Source of the DNA: an uncultured Methanomassiliicoccus sp.
GTDB lineage: Archaea > Thermoplasmatota > Thermoplasmata > Methanomassiliicoccales > UBA472
DNA length: 64,000 bases
Direction of reading: 5' to 3'
Assembly: GCA_964585915.1 (NCBI GenBank)
Contig: CAZPFU010000001.1
Span: 119,515 to 183,514 of the forward strand
Made by a program: the position numbers and the translations under genes. This document shows positions 36,392 through 45,750 of this stretch, piece by piece; position 1 is the stretch's first letter, and each line of letters starts with the position of its first letter. The notes under the pieces were generated by a model. The model searched no databases. It was not told where the DNA came from and worked only from the letters and a program-made list of their open reading frames with translations.

Positions 36392-37365
36392 GAGTTCTGG
36401 TGACCGGAGCCACCGGCTTCCTGGGCGGGCATCTCATCGAGGAGATGGCCAAGGGTCCTCATGTCCCGGTCTGCGCCCACCGGAAGGGAAGCGATACCCG
36501 GAAGATCGACGACCTCGGACTGGAGAAGGTGGTCTTCGACCTCACCGACGGCGATTCCATGCTTTCGGCGTTGAGGAACGTGGACGCCGTGGTCCATCTG
36601 GCCGCGTACTATACCTTCACCGGGAAGAAGGAGATGTACGAAAAGGTCAACGTGAAGGGGACCGGGGACCTGCTAGAGGCGTGTCAGCAGGCGGGGGTTA
36701 GGCGCTTCATATACTGCAGCAGCACCGAGGCCATGGGGCCGATCGCCTCACCGCCGGGGGACGAGGACTCGCCGCTCAACCCGCAGTACGAGTACGGGCG
36801 CTCCAAGGCCATGGCGGAGGAGCTGGTGAGGTCCTCCGGCCTCGACTGGACCATTTTACGACCGTCGGGCATATACGGACCGAGCAACGTGGACGACGTG
36901 GCCTACTATTTCATCACCTCCTTCAAGGGATTCGCCTCGAAGTTCATCATCGGGTCCGGCAAGAACTACATCCAGTTCGTGCACGTGAAGGACGTGGTTC
37001 AGGGATTCGTGAAGGCCCTGGACAGCCCGGCATCCATCAAGGGCACTTACATCATCACCCAGGCCAGGCCTTATACATACGAGGAGGTGTACCGGATCCT
37101 GGCGAACATATTCCAGCAGAAGGAGCCCCGGTGGCGGGTCCCCAAGGGAATGGCCAAATTGATGATGCTGCCCATAGAGGGCTTCAGCCTGCTGATCGGC
37201 CGGGAGAACTTCCTGTACCGGAGGGAGACGGTGGAGAGCGTGACCAGCGATCGCGCGTTCAAGATAGACCGCGCCCGAAGGGACCTGGGCTACGAACCGG
37301 TTTATGATCTGCCGGAGGGCATGGCCGAGACTGTGGCCTGGTACCGGGAGAACGGTTACCTTTGA
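36388..37365 (+). CDS. NAD(P)-dependent extended SDR (epimerase/dehydratase/reductase family)
   Basis: VLVTGATGFLGGHL and catalytic YGRSK. The TTG start overlaps the LuxC-like stop (TTGA). Confidence 0.8.
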   Translation: MRVLVTGATGFLGGHLIEEMAKGPHVPVCAHRKGSDTRKIDDLGLEKVVFDLTDGDSMLSALRNVDAVVHLAAYYTFTGKKEMYEKVNVKGTGDLLEACQQAGVRRFIYCSSTEAMGPIASPPGDEDSPLNPQYEYGRSKAMAEELVRSSGLDWTILRPSGIYGPSNVDDVAYYFITSFKGFASKFIIGSGKNYIQFVHVKDVVQGFVKALDSPASIKGTYIITQARPYTYEEVYRILANIFQQKEPRWRVPKGMAKLMMLPIEGFSLLIGRENFLYRRETVESVTSDRAFKIDRARRDLGYEPVYDLPEGMAETVAWYRENGYL

Positions 37366-37410
37366 GCAACCGTTAAATCCGCTTTCCGTTTTTACCATCC
37401 CGGTGAATGG

Positions 37411-38364
37411 ATGGAGAAGACCCTGTACCGCACCCTGCTGAACTTGCTGAGGATCAGCTACACCCTGCCGTTCGTGATGGCCTCGGTAACCGGAGCGGTG
37501 TTCGCCCTGACGGTTTGCAACGAATGGCTGATGGCCGTCCTGATACCGCTGGACGTCTTCTTCTTCGCCCTGTTCGCCAACCTGAGCAACGATTATTACG
37601 ATCACAAGAGCGGAACGGACGCCACCCGCTTCGATTTCATGACATCGGAGCGCAAGGAAGCGATCAAAGAGCTGTATGATGAACGGGTATACTGGGACGG
37701 CAACATCTTTGACAAGGGGGATGTGAGCGAGAGGACCGGCAAGGTCGTTCTGGCCCTGATCCTGGGCCTGGCGGCGTTGACCGCCATCCCGATCATCCTG
37801 TACGGCGGATGGCTGGTGATCGTCCTGGGCGCCATCGGTCTATTCTTAGCGTACTTCTACACCGCTCCCCCGTTGAACCTGGGCGCCAGGGGGTTGGGGG
37901 AGCTGGACGTCGGCGTATCGTTCTTCATGATGTCCTTCTTCACCTATTACGTGATAAGGCCGGAATGGTCCTGGCAGATGTTCCTTATCGGCCTGATAAT
38001 CGGAACCTCGGTGATGCTGATGCGCTTCATCGACCAGATGTCCGGTTACGAAGCTCACGTCAAGGGAGGGGAGAAGGACTGGTGCGTGCGATTGGGACTG
38101 GAGAGGGCGGTGTCGGCGGTCGGAGCGATCCTATTGGTCATCTACGTCATGCATCTGGGCCTGGTCTACTTCCACCCGGTGTTCCTGATACTGCTGCTCA
38201 CCGTGCCCATGGGCAGGAAGATCATGACTGGGCTTCATGACAATAGCGACGACCTGCGCTTCATCCGGCCGGCGCCGCAGATAGTGAAGATGGTGATATC
38301 CAGCGAACTGCTGATCATCATTTCGTTGACAGTCCAAAACGCCCTGCCATGGACAATATGGTAG
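37411..38364 (+). CDS. UbiA-superfamily prenyltransferase, MenA-like
   Basis: About 8-9 TM segments. First Asp-rich motif NDYYDHKSGTD. The second motif region FIDQMSGYEAHVKGGEKDWCVRLG is degenerate. TAG stop is immediately followed by TGA. Confidence 0.75.
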   Translation: MEKTLYRTLLNLLRISYTLPFVMASVTGAVFALTVCNEWLMAVLIPLDVFFFALFANLSNDYYDHKSGTDATRFDFMTSERKEAIKELYDERVYWDGNIFDKGDVSERTGKVVLALILGLAALTAIPIILYGGWLVIVLGAIGLFLAYFYTAPPLNLGARGLGELDVGVSFFMMSFFTYYVIRPEWSWQMFLIGLIIGTSVMLMRFIDQMSGYEAHVKGGEKDWCVRLGLERAVSAVGAILLVIYVMHLGLVYFHPVFLILLLTVPMGRKIMTGLHDNSDDLRFIRPAPQIVKMVISSELLIIISLTVQNALPWTIW

Positions 38365-39349
38365 TGATGCTGCCCCGGGTGATCAGCGAATACTCGCGCA
38401 CGGCGTTGAAGCCGCAGCGCTTACATGACTCGCCCTTCATCGGGCAGCCGTACACCTTGCTGCGGTCCGGAAGAACGAACTCCGAGGCCCAGAAAGGACA
38501 TCTGCAGGAATAGTCCTCGATCAGCAGCTCCTTCAGGGCCTTCCTGGAATTGAGTATCGGATAGCCTTCCTTTTTAAGGGCCATGATCTCCTCGACCACC
38601 TTGCGCTTCTCTTCGATGCTGAGCACTCTGGTCTCCGGCGGCGGGGTGAGGAAGTTTAACATCAGCCCGTTTATGTGCGGGTTGTCCTTGACGATCTGCG
38701 CGGTCTCCCGGATGAGGTGCTTGTTATCGGGCATGACCACCATGTTGGCGAAGACGTTGGGATGATCGACCTTGGAAAGGTTCTCCATCAACTTGTCGAA
38801 GACGCCGTCGCATCTGATCTTGTCATGCACCTCTCGCGGCCCGTCCAATGAAACGGAGATGACGTCGCTCTCCAGATAGACCACGTTCGTCCCGTTGGTG
38901 GTGTACCCGGTCACGAAGAAGCCGACCTCCTTCCCGGCCTTGATGAGGTCCAGGAGAGTTCGCTCCCCATCGCTCCAGTGGGTAGGTTCCCCTCCCTCGA
39001 AGAACAGCACCCTTGAGCCGCGCTCGTACGAGGCCTTCATCTCCTCCACCGCATCTTCGTACGATATCATGTGCGGCTGCGGGATGGACGGCAGGTTCTC
39101 CGCGATCTGACAGTGCTGGCACCTGAGGTTGCACTGGTAGGTGATTATCATTGTCGTGGCCAGTGGTTTCTTGAACCCCAGCAGTTCCTTGAGGAACCAG
39201 ATGCCGTAATAGGCGGTCTGGCCTATGGTCCTCGCGATGCCCATGAAAACCCCATCCCAACCCGGATATTTCAAATGTGGCCGCATAGGGCCCGTGATCG
39301 CCGAGCGAAACAATGACGACCTGATGCTGGCCATCTCTGGCCGCCTCAT
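38318..39349 (-). CDS. Radical SAM enzyme with a C-terminal Cys-rich auxiliary region (possibly HpnH/DUF3463-like)
   Basis: CNLRCQHC (CxxxCxxC) about 75 aa from the ORF start, GGEP, and C-terminal CRCPFW...GCP...CKRCG. Possible later starts at 39286 or 39244. The 3' end overlaps the convergent UbiA gene by 47 nt. Confidence 0.8.
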   Translation of the reverse strand: MRRPEMASIRSSLFRSAITGPMRPHLKYPGWDGVFMGIARTIGQTAYYGIWFLKELLGFKKPLATTMIITYQCNLRCQHCQIAENLPSIPQPHMISYEDAVEEMKASYERGSRVLFFEGGEPTHWSDGERTLLDLIKAGKEVGFFVTGYTTNGTNVVYLESDVISVSLDGPREVHDKIRCDGVFDKLMENLSKVDHPNVFANMVVMPDNKHLIRETAQIVKDNPHINGLMLNFLTPPPETRVLSIEEKRKVVEEIMALKKEGYPILNSRKALKELLIEDYSCRCPFWASEFVLPDRSKVYGCPMKGESCKRCGFNAVREYSLITRGSITTILSMAGRFGLSTK

Positions 39350-39452
39350 TCGATATTCAAGCCAGATGTTATCTCCAGTTGTTTCAAAATTTGATAATCA
39401 TTAAATACTGGCCAACCTGATTAAACTTAAACCAATTCCTAGGAGGGATCTA

Positions 39453-39710
39453 ATGACAAGTTTGAAAGTAGAGATCATGGACAAGATTGTGGCCTTGATG
39501 ACTGCAGCCTTCGGTTTCGTTGCTGCGCTGGCCTGGAACGGGGCCATCTCGCAACTGATGGAGGACTGGCTTGGCACCGGCGGGGACCAGACCATGGGTC
39601 TGATCATATACGCCATCATCGTCACCGCCGTGGCCGTTATCGCCATCGTCCTGATATCCAGGGTGTACGGCAAGATAAAGGCCAAGGAAGAGGCCAAGGA
39701 GAAGAAGTAA
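39453..39710 (+). CDS. Small membrane protein (85 aa, 2 TM, Lys/Glu-rich tail)
   Basis: AGGAGGG SD 6-7 nt upstream. TM segments IVALMTAAFGFVAALAW and LIIYAIIVTAVAVIAIVLI. TAA stop followed by a T-run. Confidence 0.6.
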   Translation: MTSLKVEIMDKIVALMTAAFGFVAALAWNGAISQLMEDWLGTGGDQTMGLIIYAIIVTAVAVIAIVLISRVYGKIKAKEEAKEKK

Positions 39711-39732
39711 TCCTATTACCAAACCCTTTAAT

Positions 39733-39746
39733 CTCTTCCTTTTTTG
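39733..39746 (+). terminator. Oligo-T tract after the small membrane protein gene
   Basis: CTCTTCCTTTTTTG with a T6 run at 39740-39745, about 30 nt after the TAA stop. This is archaeal-type oligo-T termination by inference. Confidence 0.35.
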
Positions 39747-39828
39747 TGATGTTTCCAATATTGTTCTCGTCGCACCAAAACGATGATAACCGCCCTTGGC
39801 TATCCTGAAAACGTACAGGAGGCTTCAC

Positions 39829-40839
39829 ATGAAGGTCAAGGTAGGGATCAACGGCTATGGCACGATAGGCAAGAGAGTGGCTTGGGCTGTGAGCAGGCAG
39901 GACGACATGGAGGTCGTCGGGGTCACTAAAACGCGTCCCTCGTACGAGGCTTCCACTGCATTACGGGAAGGCTGTCCTCTCTACGCGGCGCACGCTGAGG
40001 ACGTGGATAACTTCGAGAAGGCCGGGATAAAGGTCCATGGGACCTTGGACGATCTGCTGAAAAAGGTGGACGTGATCGTGGACTGCACGCCTGGGGGAAC
40101 CGGGGCCAAGAACAAGGAGCTGTACGTCAAGGCCGGGGTCAAGTCCATATTCCAGGGAGGGGAGGACCACGACATGGCCGGGATATCCTTCAACGCCCTG
40201 GCCAACTATCAGGAGGCCTGGGGAGCCTCCTCCGTCAGGGTCGTCTCCTGCAACACCACCGGACTGGTCCGCACGCTCTTCCCGCTGCAACAGGCCTTCG
40301 GCATCCAGAAGGTCTTCGCCTCGCTCATCCGCCGCGGGGCCGACCCGGCCGATAAGAAGGGTGCGGCGCTCAACGCCATCGAGCCTTCGCTTAAACTGCC
40401 GACCCACCACGGACCGGACGTGAAGACGGTCATGCACGGGCTGGAAATCCAGACCATGGCCGTGGTGACCCCGACCACCCTGATGCACCTGCACTGCATC
40501 GTGGTGGACCTGAAGAAGGAGGTCACCGAAAAAGAGGTACTGGAGGTCTGGTCCAGATCGCCGCGCCTGCAGCTGGTATCCGGGAAGGACGGCATAAAGA
40601 ACACCGGCCAGATCATGGAACTGGCCAAGGACCTGCACCGGGTGCGCGGGGACCTGATGGACATCGCGGTGTGGAAGGACGGGATCAAGACCGTCGGCTC
40701 CACCCTGTACTACTATCAGGCCGTGCACCAGGAGAGCGACGTGGTACCGGAGAACGTGGACTGCATCAGGGCCATGATGAAGCTGGAGAAGGACAACCTG
40801 GCCTCCATCGCCAAGACCAACAAGTCCATCGGTCTCTGA
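39829..40839 (+). CDS. gap: Archaeal type II glyceraldehyde-3-phosphate dehydrogenase
   Basis: MKVKVGINGYGTIGKRVA and catalytic SCNTTGL. 336 aa. AGGAGG SD upstream of the ATG at 39829. Confidence 0.9.
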   Translation: MKVKVGINGYGTIGKRVAWAVSRQDDMEVVGVTKTRPSYEASTALREGCPLYAAHAEDVDNFEKAGIKVHGTLDDLLKKVDVIVDCTPGGTGAKNKELYVKAGVKSIFQGGEDHDMAGISFNALANYQEAWGASSVRVVSCNTTGLVRTLFPLQQAFGIQKVFASLIRRGADPADKKGAALNAIEPSLKLPTHHGPDVKTVMHGLEIQTMAVVTPTTLMHLHCIVVDLKKEVTEKEVLEVWSRSPRLQLVSGKDGIKNTGQIMELAKDLHRVRGDLMDIAVWKDGIKTVGSTLYYYQAVHQESDVVPENVDCIRAMMKLEKDNLASIAKTNKSIGL

Positions 40840-40861
40840 ACGCCAGGGGGCGCAGGCCTCC

Positions 40862-41614
40862 TCATAACCCTTTCATAGCCTTTCTTTTCAGGATGTAGTT
40901 GGCGGCGAGCAGGAAGGCCGCGGTGAACACCAGCAGCACCAATAGGTCAGCCGCTAAAGACAGCACCCCCTGGTCCATCAAGGCATGATTGAACCCATCC
41001 ACCAGATAGGTCAGCGGGGAGGCCAAGGTCACGATGCGGAACGCGCCCTCCATATCGGCCAGGGGCACGAATATGCCGCTGATGAAGATGAGCGGGAAGC
41101 GGATCAGGGACGAAAGCATCATTATGTTGCTGGGAACCGGTCCGGCCGGCGAGGATATCAGGACGCCCAGGGCCGAGAAGCACAGGTTGCCCAAGGCGAA
41201 AAGCAGGGGCAACGCCAGCAGTCCGAGGAGACCTATCTCGAACGGGGCTATGAACAGTCCGGCCCCGAAAACGATCACGCTGATCATCATGCCGAACCCC
41301 GCCCCGGCCAGGGTGTCCCCCATCACCAGCACGGGTATGCTCACCGGCAGGGTGAGCAGCCTCTCGAACGTTCCAGCCTGCTTCTCCCAGGGCGTGATGA
41401 GGGGACCTACCGACGAGGCGGTGAAGAACAATGCCATGGCCAGGAAGCCCGGGTAATAGGTTCCCAGGTCGAGCTGCCGGCCCATGAAGAAGGCGAAGAA
41501 GAGGAAGGTGGGCAGTATGAGGCCGAAGATGAAGACCGGGGCCTTCTTGTAGTAGACCTTGATGTCCTTGAGGGCCACGGAGGTGACCCCGCGGACCATT
41601 ATCTCGAGGTTCAT
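40862..41614 (-). CDS. ABC-2 type exporter permease
   Basis: Six hydrophobic segments. Start MNLEIMVRG at 41614 overlaps the ATPase stop (ATGA). The ORF-track extension to 41932 is rejected. Confidence 0.8.
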   Translation of the reverse strand: MNLEIMVRGVTSVALKDIKVYYKKAPVFIFGLILPTFLFFAFFMGRQLDLGTYYPGFLAMALFFTASSVGPLITPWEKQAGTFERLLTLPVSIPVLVMGDTLAGAGFGMMISVIVFGAGLFIAPFEIGLLGLLALPLLFALGNLCFSALGVLISSPAGPVPSNIMMLSSLIRFPLIFISGIFVPLADMEGAFRIVTLASPLTYLVDGFNHALMDQGVLSLAADLLVLLVFTAAFLLAANYILKRKAMKGL

Positions 41615-42540
41615 CGGCTGGCCTCCGTCAGCTTGACGAACACGTCCTCCAGGGAGGGCGCGAGCGTGTTCAGCGCCATGATGGTCAGGCCCTTCTCGTC
41701 CCTGACCGCCATGACCTTGCGTATGGCCTCGTCCGGATCGGAGGTGTAGAAGCGCATCCGGTTGCCCTTCTCCTCCACCTTGGAGATGCATTGGTCGAAG
41801 AAGAGGGAACATTCCACCGGCCGATCGAAGGTCACCTCCACCGAGCGGGCCCCCTCGAACGTGGAACGAAGATGATCGGGAGTGTCCAAGGCCACTATCT
41901 TGCCCTTGTTGACTATGCACACCCGGTCGCACAGCTGATTGGCCTCCTCGATGTTGTGAGTGGTGAGCACCACCGTGCTGCCCGCCCGGTTCATTTGCCT
42001 CACCTTCTCCACGATCATGCGCCGGCTGTGGACATCCAGACCCTCGGTGGGTTCGTCCAGGAAGATCACCCGCGGCTCATGGATGATGGCGCAGCCGATG
42101 CTGACCCTCTGCTTCATGCCCTTGGAGAACCTCTTGATGCGTTCGTCCGCCCTATCCCCCAGCCCCAGCTCCTCCAGCAGCGCCGAGGCCTTCTCGGCCC
42201 GGGCCCGGCGGGAAAGACCGTAGAAGCGCCCGAACATCTCCAGGTTCTCCCGGGCGCTGAGGTCCAGATAGACGTTGCCGATCTCCGGTATGACGCCCAG
42301 GGAGGACTTGGCCCGCAGCGGGTCGCCGTCCATGTCAACGCCCATGATGCTGACCCTGCCCACTTCTGGCCTCAGCACCCCGGTAAGCATCCTGATGGTG
42401 GTGGTCTTTCCAGCCCCGTTGGGGCCCAGCAGTCCGAAGAACTGACGTTCGGGAACCTCGAAGCTCACATTATCGACGGCCACGAACTCCCCGAACCTCT
42501 TGGTCAGACCATCAGCGACTATCGCGGGAATGCTGCTCAC
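41611..42540 (-). CDS. ABC-2 type exporter ATP-binding subunit
   Basis: Walker A GPNGAGKTT, signature FSKGMKQR, Walker B VIFLDEPTEGLD, and a C-terminal extension typical of the DrrA/CcmA-like family. Confidence 0.9.
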   Translation of the reverse strand: MSSIPAIVADGLTKRFGEFVAVDNVSFEVPERQFFGLLGPNGAGKTTTIRMLTGVLRPEVGRVSIMGVDMDGDPLRAKSSLGVIPEIGNVYLDLSARENLEMFGRFYGLSRRARAEKASALLEELGLGDRADERIKRFSKGMKQRVSIGCAIIHEPRVIFLDEPTEGLDVHSRRMIVEKVRQMNRAGSTVVLTTHNIEEANQLCDRVCIVNKGKIVALDTPDHLRSTFEGARSVEVTFDRPVECSLFFDQCISKVEEKGNRMRFYTSDPDEAIRKVMAVRDEKGLTIMALNTLAPSLEDVFVKLTEASR

Positions 42541-42714
42541 CTTTTCTGAGAAGTAGGCTTCTTTCCGATATAAACGATGTTATCTTCCCTTCAGCATCAA
42601 TAGACATCTGAAGTCCGTTCCTGGCGAATCCTAGGAAACCATTTTTTATCCAATCGCCATCCGTGTGCTGTAGAGTCACCACTGCCGCGGATCTGACCGC
42701 CAGGGGAATTTGCC

Positions 42715-43947
42715 ATGAAGGACCACTTCACCATCGACGACCTGGACATCAAGGGGAAGACCGTCATCTACCGCGTGGACATCAACTGCCCGTTGAAGAA
42801 GGACACCCTGGACCTGGCCAATGACAACCGCATCCGGGAGATATTGCCGACCTTGCGGGAGCTCCTGAACCGCCAGGCCAAGGTGGTCATCGTGGCCCAC
42901 CAGAGCCGTCCGGGCGAGTGGGATTACATCTCATTGGAGAGGCACGCCAAACGCACCTCCGAGCTGCTCGGCGTGGAAGTGACGTACATAGACGACATCT
43001 ATGGAGAGAAGGCCAAGAAGGCCATCCGGCGCATGATGCCCGGCGAGGCGGTAATGCTCCGGAACACCAGGGACGAGAAGGGGGAGATGGACAAGGCCAG
43101 CATGGAGCAGCACGCCCAGTCCGCCATGGTCAGGGAGCTGGCCGCCCTGGCCGACCTGTACGTTTCGGACGCCTTCGCCGCCGCCCACCGGTCCCAGTGC
43201 TCCCTGGTCGGTTTCCAGGCCGTGCTTCCGTCCGCGGCCGGAAGGCTGATGGAGAAGGAGCTGGAGGCGCTCGGTCACGTGATCGATTCCCCGTCGCACC
43301 CCTGCGTTTTCGTTCTTGGCGGCTCCAAGTTCACCGACGCCATCAAGGTCGTCGAACGTGTCCTGAGGGAGAAGATCGCGGACAAGGTGCTGCTGGTGGG
43401 ATTGGCCGGCAATGCTTTCCTTAAGGCCAAGGGCGTATCGCTCGGGGAAAAGAGCGAGAAGATCCTCATGGAGGAGTTCACCGAGGAGAACCTGAAGGCG
43501 GCCAAGGTATTGCTGGACACCTATGGCGACCGCATCGAGACCCCGGTGGACGTGGCCCTGGATGACGGTGGTATGAGGAAGGACGTGCCGTTGAGCGCGC
43601 TGCCTTCCGACCTTCCCATCTTCGACATCGGCAAAGAGACCGTGGCCAGGTTCTCAGAGATCGTCTCGAACGCCTGCACGGTCTTCATCTCCGGTCCGGC
43701 CGGGGTCATCGAGAGGGAGGAGTTCTCACTAGGCACCAAGGCGCTCATGGAGGCCACGGTGTCCTCGGATGCCTTCTCGGTCATCGGCGGAGGGCATACC
43801 GTGAGCGCCGCACAGAGGTACCAGTGCTGTGATCGTTTTTCGTACGTCAGCACAGGCGGCGGAGCGTTGGAGAACTACATCATGGGCAAGCCGCTGCCGG
43901 TCGTCGAAGCGCTCAAGGCCGCCTACCGGCGCGAGACCGCCAAGTGA
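42715..43947 (+). CDS. pgk: Phosphoglycerate kinase
   Basis: RVDINCPL, HQSRPG, AHRSQCS, and GGGHT...STGGGA. 410 aa. Confidence 0.9.
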   Translation: MKDHFTIDDLDIKGKTVIYRVDINCPLKKDTLDLANDNRIREILPTLRELLNRQAKVVIVAHQSRPGEWDYISLERHAKRTSELLGVEVTYIDDIYGEKAKKAIRRMMPGEAVMLRNTRDEKGEMDKASMEQHAQSAMVRELAALADLYVSDAFAAAHRSQCSLVGFQAVLPSAAGRLMEKELEALGHVIDSPSHPCVFVLGGSKFTDAIKVVERVLREKIADKVLLVGLAGNAFLKAKGVSLGEKSEKILMEEFTEENLKAAKVLLDTYGDRIETPVDVALDDGGMRKDVPLSALPSDLPIFDIGKETVARFSEIVSNACTVFISGPAGVIEREEFSLGTKALMEATVSSDAFSVIGGGHTVSAAQRYQCCDRFSYVSTGGGALENYIMGKPLPVVEALKAAYRRETAK

Positions 43948-44558
43948 GATCGGCGGGCGGAGATGGCCACGAACAGACCTTGACCGTGACCTTCGAGAAA
44001 AGCCTCAGGCTCGGAGATGCCGGTACCGGAGCATAGCGTCTGGATCACCCGCGAGGGTTCCCAACCCGTTGCCCGGAGCATTTCCAGGACCTGGGAGGCG
44101 GTAAGGGGCCGCGCCTGGGATAGGAACTTACCCGAGCCGTTCCAGTATTCCCTTCCAGGCGGGCTGTCCCGGTCGAGGATGCCCAAAGTTAGACGCCCAT
44201 CTCCCACCACCACCCGCCGCGCCTCCTGTAACGCGGTCACTGGATCATCGAAGAAACATAGGGCGGTCACCATCAGAACATGATCGAAACAGCCGTTGCG
44301 GAAGGGCAGGCCTTCCGCCCGCCCTTGGACCCGCTCCACCCCTTCTTCGCGGCAGTGTCTCAGCATAGGTCGGGAGGCGTCCAGGGCCACCATGATCCCG
44401 AGCGGGGAGGCGAACCTTCCGGTCCCCGCCCCTACCTCCAACCCCCGGCCGCCCGGGACCAGCTCCCGTAAGGCCGCCAGTTCTGATAGGTAGGCTGCCC
44501 GGTGCTCCTCGTACCATCGCTCGTATCGAGCGACGCTCTTATCGTAAGGGGAGTTCAC
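43923..44558 (-). CDS. Class I SAM-dependent methyltransferase (Methyltransf_11-like)
   Basis: LEVGAGTGRFASPLG motif I and FDHVLMVTALCF motif. The TAG stop lies inside the 3' end of the convergent pgk gene (25-nt overlap). Confidence 0.75.
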   Translation of the reverse strand: MNSPYDKSVARYERWYEEHRAAYLSELAALRELVPGGRGLEVGAGTGRFASPLGIMVALDASRPMLRHCREEGVERVQGRAEGLPFRNGCFDHVLMVTALCFFDDPVTALQEARRVVVGDGRLTLGILDRDSPPGREYWNGSGKFLSQARPLTASQVLEMLRATGWEPSRVIQTLCSGTGISEPEAFLEGHGQGLFVAISARRSHLAVSRR

Positions 44559-44588
44559 CAGGCGGGCCGCCCCCTTATAGCCGCAGGC

Positions 44589-45746
44589 CTAAAGGACCTT
44601 GGACATCCGTTCCAAGGCCTCCTCTATGCGTCCCACGGACTGGGTGGTGGCCAGCCGCACGTAACCTTCGCCGTTCTTGCCGAAGCCCACGCCCGGAGTG
44701 ACGACGATGCCGGCGTTCAGCATGGTCTCGGCGAACTTCAGCGACGGACCGTCCACCTTCAGCCACAGGTAGAAGGTCCCCTTCGGCGGGTTCACCTTGA
44801 AACCGAGCTTTCGCAGACCGTTCACCAGAACGTTCCTCCGTTCCTGGTAAACGGCTATGTTGTCCTGGACCATCGCCGGCCTCTGTCCGCCCTTGTACTC
44901 GCCCAGGGACATGGTCACCGCCTTCTGCAGGAACTTGGGGGCGCCGGAGTCGATCTGGGACTTGACCTTCTTCAGCCCGGATATGAGGTTCGCGTCGCCG
45001 ACCGCGTAGCCGATGCGGTAGCCGGTCATGTTGAACGTCTTGGACAGCGAGCCGAACTCGATGATGCCGTCGCCCTGCGCCACCTGAAGCGCTGACGGAG
45101 CGACGTAATCGTCGAAGGTCATCTCCGAATAGGCGTTGTCGTAGCAGAGAATGGTGTCGGTCTCGACGCACCATCTTGATGCCCCAAGCAAGAACTCCTC
45201 TTCGCACACCGCGCCGGTGGGGTTGTTGGGATAGTTCAGGTAGATCATGCGGGCGTCCGTCGGCAGAGACTCCATGTCCGGCAGGAATCCCTTCTCCGGC
45301 AGCAGCGGGAAGCGCAATGGAACGGCATCCGTCAGCAGCGCCGCGCCCTGAGCGTAGACGGGATAGGCCGGGTCAGGCGCCAGCACCTTCTCGCCTGGGT
45401 TCACGAAGGCCCGGCAGATGTTGGCCAGTCCCTCCTTGGAACCGATGAGGATGGCCACCTCTCCGTTGGGGTCAACGTCCACATTGAAGCGCTCCTTGTA
45501 CCAGCGGGCGATCGCCCGGCGTGTGTCGGCCTCGCCGGCGCTCGACGGGTAGCGGTGGTTCTCCGGGTCCTGCAGCTCGTGCTTGATGTACTCCACTATC
45601 GGCCGGGGAGTGGGAAGGTCCGGGTCGCCGATACCGAAATCGATGATGTCCATTCCCTCTTTCCTCTTCTTCTCCACCTTCTCCTCTATCTCCGCGAAAA
45701 GATAGGGAGGCAGCATCTTCAGCCTGTTAGCGTAATCGAACCCCAT
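44589..45746 (-). CDS. dapL: LL-diaminopimelate aminotransferase (DapL, methanogen-type)
   Basis: LPPYLFAEIEEK, GIGDPDLPTP, HRYPSSAGE, LIGSKEG, SLSKTFNMTGYRIGY (PLP Lys). It is the last gene of the dap/lys operon. Confidence 0.8.
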   Translation of the reverse strand: MGFDYANRLKMLPPYLFAEIEEKVEKKRKEGMDIIDFGIGDPDLPTPRPIVEYIKHELQDPENHRYPSSAGEADTRRAIARWYKERFNVDVDPNGEVAILIGSKEGLANICRAFVNPGEKVLAPDPAYPVYAQGAALLTDAVPLRFPLLPEKGFLPDMESLPTDARMIYLNYPNNPTGAVCEEEFLLGASRWCVETDTILCYDNAYSEMTFDDYVAPSALQVAQGDGIIEFGSLSKTFNMTGYRIGYAVGDANLISGLKKVKSQIDSGAPKFLQKAVTMSLGEYKGGQRPAMVQDNIAVYQERRNVLVNGLRKLGFKVNPPKGTFYLWLKVDGPSLKFAETMLNAGIVVTPGVGFGKNGEGYVRLATTQSVGRIEEALERMSKVL

Positions 45747-45750
45747 ATGC

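Noticed and set aside
39782-39808. Box C/D sRNA-like elements (GATGATA ... CTGA) upstream of gap, and a similar look-alike around 42575-42625.
   Set aside because: The C box is not canonical (no UGAUGA). The spacing of about 27 nt is too short for a C/D-C'/D' RNA, and no terminal stem is present.
25783-44591. Possible pyrrolysine (TAG) read-through, given a possibly Methanomassiliicoccales-like host. TAG stops were seen at 25783 (nadX), 31128 (ilvB, minus), 34884 (LuxE-like), 38362 (UbiA), 43923 (methyltransferase, minus) and 44589 (dapL, minus).
   Set aside because: In every case the protein already ends at the family-typical length. The downstream in-frame sequence is either junk (Arg/Gly/Pro-rich, overlapping the next gene out of frame) or hits another stop within 0-3 codons, for example TAG-TGA at 38362-38367. 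No methylamine methyltransferase-like gene is present.
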